In this document: piece by piece, positions 47,242-57,600 of the stretch
How positions within the stretch are numbered: the first letter of the stretch is position 1
How the letters are laid out: every line of letters starts with the position of its first letter
From: Candidatus Parvarchaeota archaeon
GTDB lineage: Archaea; Nanobdellota; Nanobdellia; Parvarchaeales; Parvarchaeaceae
Reading direction: 5' to 3'
Length of the DNA: 64,000 bases
NCBI GenBank assembly: GCA_023380615.1
Contig: JAMCRO010000019.1
Location: 1,706 to 65,705, forward strand
Notes under the pieces: generated by a model
Seen by the model: the letters and a program-made list of their open reading frames with translations, nothing else
The model's database searches: none
Told to the model about the DNA's origin: nothing
Position numbers and translations under genes: made by a program

Positions 47242-47757
47242 TCATCTAAAATAAGAGGCACTCTTGTAATCTGATAATCTAATACTAGTTGCCGCAACAA
47301 GTTTTTTAAAGGATTCTTTATCTAGATCTTTTATAACATCATAATTTAAGTATACTTTGTAATCACCTGAATTCAAAGGCTTTATGTAGGCGGCAGGCCT
47401 AACATTCCCATTAACTTTTACACCAAAGTATTCTCTCTCCAAATCAGGGTACCTTGTCCTGTAAACCCCTGACATGTAAAACAGAGGAACGCTGTCGTTC
47501 ATAGCATTACTACCATAGTCAGATACGCTACCGCTCTTTATTATATAATCACTTGATTTCCCTGGAAACTTTGAATCTTCCTTTCTTTTTCTTACGAGTT
47601 CAATTTTTATGTTCTTGAAATAATCCGATAAATCATTATAAGGAAATTTCAATATCTTTTCAGGATCTTCATTATTTAAATCATCAAGGATTACGTCTAG
47701 ATTTTTCCTCAATTTATCAAGGCCTTTGAACGCTTTATTTATATTTTTTCCTAACAT
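47242..47757 (-). CDS. hypothetical lysine-rich soluble protein
   Basis: The ORF is intact (171 aa) and is the first gene of the co-directional block 47757 to 44784. Confidence 0.4.
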   Translation of the reverse strand: MLGKNINKAFKGLDKLRKNLDVILDDLNNEDPEKILKFPYNDLSDYFKNIKIELVRKRKEDSKFPGKSSDYIIKSGSVSDYGSNAMNDSVPLFYMSGVYRTRYPDLEREYFGVKVNGNVRPAAYIKPLNSGDYKVYLNYDVIKDLDKESFKKLVAATSIRLSDYKSASYFR

Positions 47758-47808
47758 GCTTTTAAAAGAATACTAATCTTATAAAAGCTTTTCCATTTTA
47801 AATTAAAA

Positions 47809-48126
47809 TTAGTCCAGTTTATATTTCTTTGATATAATGCGGGTAATAGCAAAAAAGAAAAATGAAGTGCCTAAAGCATAAATTAATATGCCAAATAAAT
47901 CAGAAGTATTTGAAGAACTGAAGAACTGAAATATATAACCTATTAAAAATACAAAGTTCATCGACAGAAATATTATGAATACGTTAACAGAGTTCTTGTT
48001 AAGCCTTATCAGCTGAACTGCTTTCAAAGGATTTTTATAAAAGACAGATGTAAATCTTATTACAGATACTGCTATTAGTATACCTACAACCACAATAGTA
48101 ATTGCTTCATAAAGTTCGATGCTCAT
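47809..48126 (-). CDS. small polytopic membrane protein (second gene of cassette copy B)
   Basis: MSIELYEAITIVVVGILIAVSVIRFTSVFYKNPLK is homologous to MSIDFIYGVISLILGALMLLFILMLRKKLNKNPTL of 49026..49331. The start overlaps the stop of 48123..48470. Confidence 0.5.
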   Translation of the reverse strand: MSIELYEAITIVVVGILIAVSVIRFTSVFYKNPLKAVQLIRLNKNSVNVFIIFLSMNFVFLIGYIFQFFSSSNTSDLFGILIYALGTSFFFFAITRIISKKYKLD

Positions 48127-48470
48127 ATGTACCTAAGAAAAATTTTAGACCATCCCACTATTACGTAGCTAACCAAAAGATAAGTAACGGTCCCTAAAAG
48201 CTCTGCAGCCATCTTGATGTAGTCACTGCTGGTAAATGAACCAACGGAATAAACCGTAAAGACAACAATAAATAAAATAGAAGCGAATAAAAGAATTGAG
48301 AAATTATTCTTTGAATCCTTCTCATTTAATGCCCAACTAACCAAGGGGGCTTTGTCCCGCTTATGTTTGTAGAGTACATAGATGTTTATTCCACTTAGAA
48401 CAGAGATGATTAGTCCGTTTACTACTTCAAAGATTACCCAATACAAATGAAAATCTTGGTATAAAGCCAT
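48123..48470 (-). CDS. small membrane protein of the KH(K/R)KDKAPL family (cassette copy B)
   Basis: VLYKHKRDKAPLVSWALNEKD is flanked by TM helices. Confidence 0.5.
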   Translation of the reverse strand: MALYQDFHLYWVIFEVVNGLIISVLSGINIYVLYKHKRDKAPLVSWALNEKDSKNNFSILLFASILFIVVFTVYSVGSFTSSDYIKMAAELLGTVTYLLVSYVIVGWSKIFLRYI

Positions 48471-48582
48471 AGAGTATAGATTTAATGCAAGTATAAAAGT
48501 ATTTTTGTTTTGACAGTTTTGAAAAAAAATTTAGCTACTCTGAATAGATAATTATTTAAATAGAATTGTTCAATAATAATCA

Positions 48583-49029
48583 ATGAGAAAAAGCAGAAAA
48601 AAATTGGGTTTGTTCGAAGGTAACCTGGTTCCAGTAACTGGAAAGCATATTTTCGGCAACCTATATGACGTGGATGATTCTATTCTGAAAAACCTTGAAT
48701 ACCTGAAAGAATCGGTAATATCTGCGGCAAATGCTGGCAATCTTCATATAATAGACATAATGGAAAGACAGTTCAATACAATAAACTCTCCGGATATAGG
48801 TGGAGTATCAATAATTGCATTGATAGTTGAAAGCCACATATCATTGCATACCTGGCCTGAAAGCAGATATGCTACAGTAGATATATACTCTTGCGGGAAT
48901 GAAAGCAACCCTTCACTTGCATTTGATTACATTGTTTCGATGATGAAACCCAAAAGCTACAGAGTTTTCAGCGCGGACAGAAGCAATCCTTCAAGCGAAA
49001 ATGAAGCTAAGGTATTCAACGATTTTTAA
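48583..49029 (+). CDS. speH: pyruvoyl-dependent S-adenosylmethionine decarboxylase proenzyme (class 1b)
   Basis: ESHISLHTWPE carries the Glu-Ser self-cleavage / pyruvoyl site. The length of 148 aa is typical of archaeal and bacterial SpeH. An arginine decarboxylase of the same fold cannot be excluded. Confidence 0.8.
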   Translation: MRKSRKKLGLFEGNLVPVTGKHIFGNLYDVDDSILKNLEYLKESVISAANAGNLHIIDIMERQFNTINSPDIGGVSIIALIVESHISLHTWPESRYATVDIYSCGNESNPSLAFDYIVSMMKPKSYRVFSADRSNPSSENEAKVFNDF

Positions 49030-49331
49030 GACAGGGACATAAACAGGAAAAACAGGGCAAGAGTAGTAAACAATACAATATTCCCATATTCCCAGATAAG
49101 AGTTGTTGGATTGCTCAATGAAACAAATGTAGTTATCCCATAATTTATTACCAAAACCAAGGTAGTCACAAAGAAGAATACAAATGCAAACTGCTTGTAC
49201 TTTTTAATGTAAAACGAAGATAAAAACAAAGTTGGATTTTTATTTAGCTTCTTTCTTAGCATCAGTATAAACAACAGCATTAACGCACCCAAAATCAATG
49301 ATATAACTCCATATATAAAGTCAATGCTCAT
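49026..49331 (-). CDS. small polytopic membrane protein (second gene of cassette copy C)
   Basis: It is homologous to 47809..48126. The start overlaps the stop of 49328..49693. Confidence 0.5.
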   Translation of the reverse strand: MSIDFIYGVISLILGALMLLFILMLRKKLNKNPTLFLSSFYIKKYKQFAFVFFFVTTLVLVINYGITTFVSLSNPTTLIWEYGNIVLFTTLALFFLFMSLS

Positions 49332-49693
49332 ACAAACCTCCTAAAAAGCTTGAACCAGCGGAAAGATATGTATACGACAATAAACAATGCAGCTATCCCA
49401 AACAGATAAGCAAGGTAAAATAAAACTTGATCTATGGTGAATAATGAAGGGTAGTTATTAAGTAACTTTTGAATGAACGTAAACAATCCTGTCAAAAAAA
49501 GCATTAATGCTGGATAAATAAACATGTTTAACTCTTTTGTAGCCGAATCTTTGTTTAGAAAGAAAGAAGTCAAAGGTGCCTTGTCTTTTCTGTGCTTGAA
49601 AATGGCAAAGAAAGTTATACCTGAAAAAACTGAACTGACAATCCCACCTATAAAAAGCACAGCGAATATCACTGTGTAAGCTATATTCAGCAT
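49328..49693 (-). CDS. small membrane protein of the KH(K/R)KDKAPL family (cassette copy C)
   Basis: AIFKHRKDKAPLTSFFLNKDS. The overall layout is collinear with 39561..39926. Confidence 0.5.
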   Translation of the reverse strand: MLNIAYTVIFAVLFIGGIVSSVFSGITFFAIFKHRKDKAPLTSFFLNKDSATKELNMFIYPALMLFLTGLFTFIQKLLNNYPSLFTIDQVLFYLAYLFGIAALFIVVYISFRWFKLFRRFV

Positions 49694-49739
49694 AATATCT
49701 CTAGTAATTAAGTTTATTTATAGTTTTATCAAACTTTTA

Positions 49740-50186
49740 TCAGTTTTTAAGAAATGCCAATATCTCTTCTGCGTGTTTGTCAGGAGAAACCTTTGGGTAT
49801 ACTTTCAGGATTTTACCATCCTCATCCAATATGAATGTAACCCTTGAAGCAACACCTAACATGGATTTTATTCCAAGCTTTGCAACGATTTTTTTATCAG
49901 AATCACTTAATAATGTGAATGGGATAGAATATTTACTTTTGAATTTCTTGTGTGATTCTATGCTGTCAACGCTTATTCCAAACACAGGAATTCCTAGAGA
50001 TTTAAAGGACTTGATATTGTCCCTGAAACTGCATGCCTCTTTTGTGCATCCTGGAGTATCATCCTTCGGATAAAAGTATACAACACTTTTCTTGCCCTTT
50101 AAATCAGATAAAGAAACTTCTTTTCCGTCATCTGCTTTAAGCCTGAAATCGGGAAACATATCTCCTTCTTTGACTTCCATATGCAT
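49740..50186 (-). CDS. bcp: peroxiredoxin, Bcp-type thiol peroxidase
   Basis: FPDFRLKADDGKEVSLSDLKGKKSVVYFYPKDDTPGCTKEACSFRD carries the PxxxTxxC peroxidatic motif. The start is set at an internal ATG (MHMEV...). The ORF-track start 50261 would overlap nth. Confidence 0.8.
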   Translation of the reverse strand: MHMEVKEGDMFPDFRLKADDGKEVSLSDLKGKKSVVYFYPKDDTPGCTKEACSFRDNIKSFKSLGIPVFGISVDSIESHKKFKSKYSIPFTLLSDSDKKIVAKLGIKSMLGVASRVTFILDEDGKILKVYPKVSPDKHAEEILAFLKN

Positions 50187-50215
50187 ATAAAGAAAAACAA
50201 GTATATAAGGTTTAT

Positions 50216-50866
50216 ATGCCAGAATTCGTTTTACTTGAGCAGAAAAAAGCAGAAAAAGCAATAGATATACTTGAAAACAGATACAGAAACGTAGGCTATT
50301 ACCTTAATTTCAGCGGACCATTGCAACTTTTAGTTGCTGCAATACTGTCCGCACAGACAAAGGATACGGTTGTAAATGAACTAACTCCTGGGCTTTTCAA
50401 AAAATACAAGACTTTAGAAGAATTTGCAGAAGCAGATCCACATGAGCTGCTAAACTACGTAAAAAGAGTCAGCTTTGCAGAAAACAAAGTAACGCACATA
50501 ATAAACTGCTGTAGTATAATAAAAGAAAAGTACGGAGGAGAAGTGCCGGATAAGATGAATGATCTACTTTCATTGCCCGGTGTCGGAAGAAAAACAGCAA
50601 ATACCATTTTGATAAATGCATTCAACATAGTGGAAGGCATACCTGTAGATACATGGGTGATGAAGCTCTCTTATAGGATAGGGCTAAGCAAAAGCAAGAA
50701 ACCAGATGAGATAGAAAATGACCTTAAAGGCCTTGTTAATAAAAACTACTGGAAAAACTTTGCTTATGTGCTTAAGGAGCACGGTCATCAGATCTGCCAG
50801 TCTGTGAAGCCAAAATGCGAGATATGCCCTATAAAGGAGATATGTCCAAAAAACGGAGTTAACTAA
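50216..50866 (+). CDS. nth: endonuclease III (HhH-GPD DNA glycosylase with 4Fe-4S cluster)
   Basis: The HhH LPGVGRKTANTIL and the C-terminal CQSVKPKCEICPIKEIC (C-x6-C-x2-C-x5-C) are present. Confidence 0.85.
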   Translation: MPEFVLLEQKKAEKAIDILENRYRNVGYYLNFSGPLQLLVAAILSAQTKDTVVNELTPGLFKKYKTLEEFAEADPHELLNYVKRVSFAENKVTHIINCCSIIKEKYGGEVPDKMNDLLSLPGVGRKTANTILINAFNIVEGIPVDTWVMKLSYRIGLSKSKKPDEIENDLKGLVNKNYWKNFAYVLKEHGHQICQSVKPKCEICPIKEICPKNGVN

Positions 50867-50993
50867 ATAATATTTTTCACTTTATAATTTAGTGAATAAG
50901 TTAAAATATATAATTTCATCATGCAAAAGAGAGAAAAAAAGCAAAAAGTATTTATGTAAGTTGTCTTCTAATATAGATTGAGGGGATGAAAAT

Positions 50994-51089
50994 ATGTCAA
51001 GCATAGTTTTGGTAGGTGCAGCGGTTTTGTACTTATTGATACTTATAGCCATAATACTTAGAAACAATTCCCTTGCCGCAAAGGTTTGA
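50994..51089 (+). CDS. 31-aa single-TM peptide (MSSIVLVGAAVLYLLILIAIILRNNSLAAKV) with SD-like GAGGGGATGA upstream
   Basis: It lies in an intergenic space between nth and dcd. The purine-rich GGGGATGA sits 6 nt before the ATG. Confidence 0.2.
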   Translation: MSSIVLVGAAVLYLLILIAIILRNNSLAAKV

Positions 51090-51129
51090 GAATTGAAAAA
51101 ATAGGCTTGGTATCAATTATTTGTACTTA

Positions 51130-51648
51130 TTAAGGTCTGATTTGATTCGTAAATTTGCCGGAGTATTTTGCCTTTCCTTTTAACTCCTCAAATACTATCT
51201 GACAGATCTTAGTATTCGGTTTTATAGCCAGTGCTATCGGCGATAAATTGGCCATTTCCAATACTATTTTACCGGAAGTACCTGGCTGCATGAAACCACT
51301 GCTTATGTGTGTTAACAGCCCCAACCTTGCAAATCTTGACCTTCCGTCTATCCTGGCAGAGATGTTCTGCGGAAGAGATACCTTTTCTATTGTTATGGCA
51401 TGAACAAGTTCTCCAGGCTGAATAAGAAAGCTTTCCCCTTTTTTTATCTTTATTTCTTCCGTCAGTTCCTTATAATCTGTAGAATCATCCACTATAACCA
51501 TCTTGTTTATCTTTTTGAATACTCTGAAAACATAGCCCAATCTAAGATCAACCGAGCCTGGCCCTATCTGTTTCCTGTCCAATGGGCTTATCTTTAATTC
51601 CTTAGAATCTAGAAGCTTTATTATTTCATCATGTGATAATACCGACAT
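51130..51648 (-). CDS. dcd: dCTP deaminase
   Basis: GPGSVDLRLG and IDGRSRFARLGLLTHISSGFMQPG are typical of the Dcd/dUTPase fold. The start is set at the internal MSVLSHDEII. Confidence 0.85.
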   Translation of the reverse strand: MSVLSHDEIIKLLDSKELKISPLDRKQIGPGSVDLRLGYVFRVFKKINKMVIVDDSTDYKELTEEIKIKKGESFLIQPGELVHAITIEKVSLPQNISARIDGRSRFARLGLLTHISSGFMQPGTSGKIVLEMANLSPIALAIKPNTKICQIVFEELKGKAKYSGKFTNQIRP

Positions 51649-51696
51649 AATTACTTGAATACGCCTATTCATTAAAAACATTTATTTTTATAGGCT

Positions 51697-54600
51697 TTAG
51701 GGTAGTACACTGCCCAAGCTAACGGAAGGCATTACGCCGTCTGGAGGATATACACGAATTCTAAACCAATATATTGGTCCTATTTGCGGTGAAGTAGTAC
51801 TTTGTTCTCCTATTATACCAATCTTTAGGGAGGATGAAGGATTAGTAGTTATTTTCCCCTTTGAACCGTAATTATAGGAGAAATAAGATGCAGAAGAATT
51901 CGGCCAATAAATCTGCCATAAATTAGTTCCTGAGGTCGTTGGTGAACTTAAAGCTGTTCTTGTTCCTCCATCTGTTTGTATTGTCTGCGGGTAAGCTGTA
52001 GATATAGAAAGACTTCCTGTTCCACTGTAATCTAACATAGTCCAAGCAACTTGCATATCATAGGAAGTAGTGCCTGTGATAAAGCCTATAGCTGACTGAT
52101 CTGCAGAGGTTGATGAAGGGATATCCCCGTAAAATTCAAGTAGAGTATCTGAACTTGGGCCGTAAGTATCGTTTGTTTCAATAGCCCCTGTTCCGCTTGA
52201 GGGGTTTATGGTTACGCCATTATTTATGCTCACTGTTCCAGAAGATGTCCATCCAGATGGAACTGTAGTTCCAGCGAAATTCCAGTATTCAGTGAATACA
52301 TCTACCCCATCGTCATATTCCCCATACGTTGAAGAAAGCTGTGGAGCTTCGCCAGTATTGTTGGTATTAAACAGATTTGTATCATTTGATGCAAAGCCTA
52401 TTGCAACGTCTTGTATGGTCGTATCTGCAGGTATGCCGTTCGGCAATTTGATCCAGAATATGGCGTACTTTGAAGTGTAGCTCTCAAGCCATGAATCTAG
52501 TACCTTGCCGGTTGCAATGTTAAAGAACTCAACGTTTTGTAAGGAATATTTGCCAGTCTGGTTTATGTATTGGCTATCTGATGAAGTTATAGTCAAATTA
52601 ATCATCTGCTGGAATGGCACTGAAGTAGGAATAGACTGAGCATTGGTTATATTTATCGGCATATAATAAATTAAGGAAGAAGACAACTGTGGGTATATAT
52701 CTCTTGTTATTGTAATAGAATTTGCAGTATAATTCTGATTTCCACTAGTATTTAGAACTATAGTATAGTTTCCTACACGACTACTTAAATTTAATGTTGT
52801 ACTTTTGTTTATAGTTTTATTAAAAATGCCATTTATATACAATGTTGCATTTAACTGGTTGTTAATAGTAGATATCGATACGTTTATTATGAGACTTGTT
52901 CCATTATATAGATAATTTTTGTTAGGATTTGACACCAGATTAAGTACGGGAGTTGCTTTGTTTATTGTATTATAATAGGACACATTTTTTATGCTCGTGG
53001 AATTGGATCCTCCGATTACTTTTATTTTCCCTGCAGCAAAAAGATTAGAATATGTTGAAATATTGCCAGATAAATTGGTTAAAGATACTACTGAATTATT
53101 TAACTCCTTCCAAAGTTTGACATAGTGATTATCAGACTCAACTGTAAAATTACTATCTTTACCATAAATCATTGTAATATTATTGTTCGAGATGCCGTTT
53201 ATAAACAGAGTTATTGGTTTCGTAACTAATGTATTTAATTTAACAGAAGGCATTACGCCGTCTGGAGGGTAAGCACGAACATTAACCCAATAAACAGATA
53301 TGGGATTAGTATACTCATTAGTTAAAGATAAACCAATCGATGATGAATATGCTGGAATAGTAGTTGTTATGGTTTGTCCTGAACTTCCTAATGTTGAATA
53401 GGTATTTGGATTATAAAATAAAACTTGCGTGTCCGTAGCGGCTATACTCCATATAACGGAAGTATTTGCTAAAGAACTCCAAGAACCTATCTCATTTTGT
53501 GTTCCTGATGAGCCAGCATCTGTATTTGCATACCAATTTCCATTATCATATATCTGTTCGCCAAAAGATTGTGTAGATGAACCTCCAAAGTAAGTTGGAT
53601 TTGAATTTGTAAATCCCCATCTAAATGTTGTATTAGTTGAGGGGCTATTTTCATAAACATCTGCCACTACAGATCCATCGAAACTTCCAGAACTTAAAGA
53701 GGTTTTAATCCAAGTTTGATGAGAAAGCCCTCCTGTTCCGCCACCTGTTAAAGTTAATTTATTACTCACTATAATATCTGAGGTAGAACCACTTGTTCCT
53801 GAACTGCCAAAGCTGCTCCACTTTGTAGTATTTAAACTAGTTCCTTTAAAGTTATCGTAAAAATTGAATACATTGGCTCCATCGTCGTATTCTGCATATG
53901 TAGGGGATAGCTGAGGTGCTTCACCAGTATTATTAATGTTAAACAGATTTGTATCATTGGATGCAAAGCCTATTGCAACGTCTTGTATGGTCGTATCTGC
54001 AGGTATTCCGTTCGGCAATTTAATCCAGAATATGGCGTACTTTGAAGTGTAGCTCTCAAGCCATGAATCTAGTACCTTGCCGGTTGTAGTGTTAAAAAAC
54101 TCAATATTTTGGAAGGAATGTTTGCCAGTCTGGTTTATGTATTTGTTATATGATGAGTTTAACGTTAAATTAATCATCTGCTGGAAAGGCTGTTTAGTAG
54201 CAGAAGTTTGAGAGTTGGTAATGTTCAACACTGCGTATTTGTAAATACTTTGAGGAGTAACTAAGCTATGTTTAGAGAAGTTTATCGTAAGTTTTCCAAA
54301 TGAAACCGTATAACCGGAAGAAGAATTTGGTACATAAATTTCACTTGAAAAGGTTATATTGTTGATACTGTAACTGTAATTGCCAAAATTACTTGCAAGT
54401 GTTATCAAGTTTGAGATTGAAGAGTTCACTTTATTGTCGTATTTCACAGTCCAATTGGTACCCGAAGGAAGCCCTTCTTCAACAAATTGCTTAATGCATG
54501 CCCAGCTAGATATGTTGTTAGAAGTTCCTGGGTCTGCAATGCCATTGGACGAACAACTTATGTTTGACCCCGCAGAATAAGTATAAATAATCGAATTAGA

Positions 54601-57600
54601 GGAATTAAAGTTTATTTTTATCGCACTCCCAGTTTTATTGCTATTGTTTACCCCGTTGTAATCAACCCACCAATTATTGCCTTTAGGCAGTGTACTCTGA
54701 TTGAAAGTAGTGGTGCAGTCCCAATTAGAAAAGACATACGTAGAACCTGCCTCAACGGATGCGGGCTTTACCCTGCACGACATATTAGTTGACGCCGTTG
54801 CAGTATAATTACCATACGGAATATTGTGAATTATTATCGTATTATTCGAATTATTTAAAGAGGTCTTTGGCGCAATAAATGACACTGTTGGCATAACACC
54901 GTTAGGATATGAAAGTGCTATAGTTGGAGCTGTCAAAATGAATCCTCCTGGACCACAGCTCCCCCCGCCGTTTCCTCTAGAAGTGCCCAAGAGATACTGC
55001 CCAGGGGGTAAATTGACTGAACCGTAGGATGATAGACAGTAGGGTGTGTTAAAGAAATCGTTGAAATATGATTTGCCGGTTGAAACGCTGATTATACTCA
55101 ATCCAGAGTAACCCCCGCTTCCACCTGCCATGTAAATATTAACATCTCCCCCTCCCCATGAACATATCATTTCATTATTTCCTCCAGGATAGTTCTCCAT
55201 GTTAAAGAAATCGCCACATGATGTGTAATTTTCACTTAGCTTTACGGGAAGCTGGGAACCTGTTGAGGGTTGAGGGTACGGGCCTAACTTTGGAGATACA
55301 CTTGAATTAAGGCTATTAAGTACATCTGTAGAATTCGATGCAAACCCTATATAAACATATGTAAACGAATTGGCAGGTATCTCCCCCAAATCTAACCAGT
55401 ATACCGCATCGTTACTGTAGCCGTAGTTTTCAAGCCAACTGGAAATTATTGTTCCGTTTGGATAGAAAAATTCAACATTTTGGAAATTGGATGCTGCGAG
55501 ACCCCCGTAAACTGTATTATTTACAGTTACCATTTGCTGGAAAGAAGACGCTGTGGAAACATTCTGAAAATTGCTTATTTTTAAAAGCTTATATTTTGTT
55601 ATGTTACTTAAATCTGAAGTTTGGGATGCAGAAGTACTTCCATTTTTGCCATCGAAAGCAACAGACCAGTTACCTATAAGACCCTTCTCTGAGAAAACAG
55701 TTGTACAGAGATCAGACGATAATGAAAAGTGAATATTAATAATAGCCCCTGCATTTTCTTTGGAATCAGTAACGTTTGAAGTATATGTAGATATACAGTT
55801 TAAGGTTGATGATTTATTTGAAGAAGTATAAACTGATAAATTATAACGGCCTGGAACGGTACTAAAAGTCATATAATCAGCTGTTGCGGATTTATTTATT
55901 CCATCAAATGAAGCGTACCAGCGGTACCCTTGCGGTAAACCGGTCTCTGTTAAATTTGTTGTTACCAGCGTAAGATTAATAAAAACAGAAGGCATTACTC
56001 CATTTGGAGGATAGGCACGTACACGAATCCATTGATATTGCTGATCAAATGACGCCCCATTACCTGTGTTATAATCCCCCAAATTAATATAAAGAGGTGC
56101 AGAAGGATTATCGGAAGTAGTTGAAGATGTGGATCCGTAATTAAGAAAAGTAGTTACTCCATTAACTGAAGATAATGAAACGGAATAGATGTTCCAGTTC
56201 AAATTATAGGATGTTGATTGGAGATATGTATATGCCCCATTAAGAACACTTTCGGATTGGATAATATCCCCTAAATTGTCCTTTCCTGCCGACCACCCTG
56301 CAATTGTATCTCCAGTTCCACCATTATTATCCCAAACAGGCTCTGAATTGCTGACAGTAGATATCCCTATAAGTCCTCTTTCATTTCCAGTATTTCCCTT
56401 ATTTTGATTAATGTAACCTTCCAATATCTCATTATTACTAAATACCTGATGAGTAGTTGCAACATATGTCGAACCAGACGTGCTTCCATCTCCACTTATG
56501 GTAAGACCGTTATCTACGGAAACTTTTGACCCTGAAACCGCACCAGAATTCCATATATTTGTATTTAAACTTGTTCCGTTGAAGTTAGCATAGAAGTTAA
56601 ATACATTTGCCCCATCATCATATTCCGCATATGTTGAAGATAACTGTGGTGCCTCTCCTGTTGTGTTGATATTGAAATTATTGGAATAAGCTAGGAGGGT
56701 CTGATTGAATATCATGTCAATGGCTATGCTGCTTTCCGCCGGAATGCTTTTAATTTTTAGCCAGTATACAGTATCATTTGAGGTATTCGAATTACCAGAT
56801 TCCAACCATGAAGGAATAACTGTTCCATTCTGATATGTAAACATTATGTTTGTTAATTTGGAGTTTTCATCTTTTGAATATTTTGAAGAGTTAAAAACAA
56901 GCATCTGCTGGAAGGGTTGTGAAGTTGCTGTTGACTGGTTATTATAAAACGAAATAGGGATTATAACGGGCTTTTTATAAGCAGAAGTATCATTTGAAAA
57001 TACAAATGTTGCATTAGATCCGGATGCAATGAATCCACCAGATATATTAGACAAAAAGCCAGAGTTGTAGTCTACTGATGGATAAACCTTGAAAGTATAA
57101 TTATCACTATAAGAAGTTGTAAATTCCATAATATTTGACTTAGAAGAACCATTTTTACCGTTTAAATTTACTATCCAGGTATAACCTGATGGAAGCCCTT
57201 CTTCTTTAAAGTAGGTATGACAAACGCTACTGAAATTGATCATTTCTGTAGAGCCTGAAGTGACACTGCCAGAAGAAGGGACTGGAATAAAATTACACTG
57301 CGATTGGTTTTCAGCTTGTACCGAAAAACCAAAAGAAGACAAAGCAGAGGTATTGAAAGTAATATTGCTGGAGATGGAAGAATTCTTTATACTGTTATAT
57401 GTAACTGACCAATTATCTTTTAAAGGCAAGCCGGTTTCATTAAATGTAGTTATACAAAAGGAAACTGAAAAACTTACATCTGTATCTGAACCTGCAGCAA
57501 TACCGCCGTTTGCAGGAGTAGCAATGTATCTACAGCCTGCAATATTCACTGCAGGCACTGTAAAGTTATACAGCCCTTTGGTGGTATTTAAAGAAATATA

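Noticed and set aside
50186-50261. Longer Bcp start at 50261 (ORF-track start)
   Set aside because: It would overlap the divergent nth gene by 45 nt. The peroxiredoxin family normally begins near the M..PDF segment, so the internal ATG at 50186 is preferred, though it is not proven.
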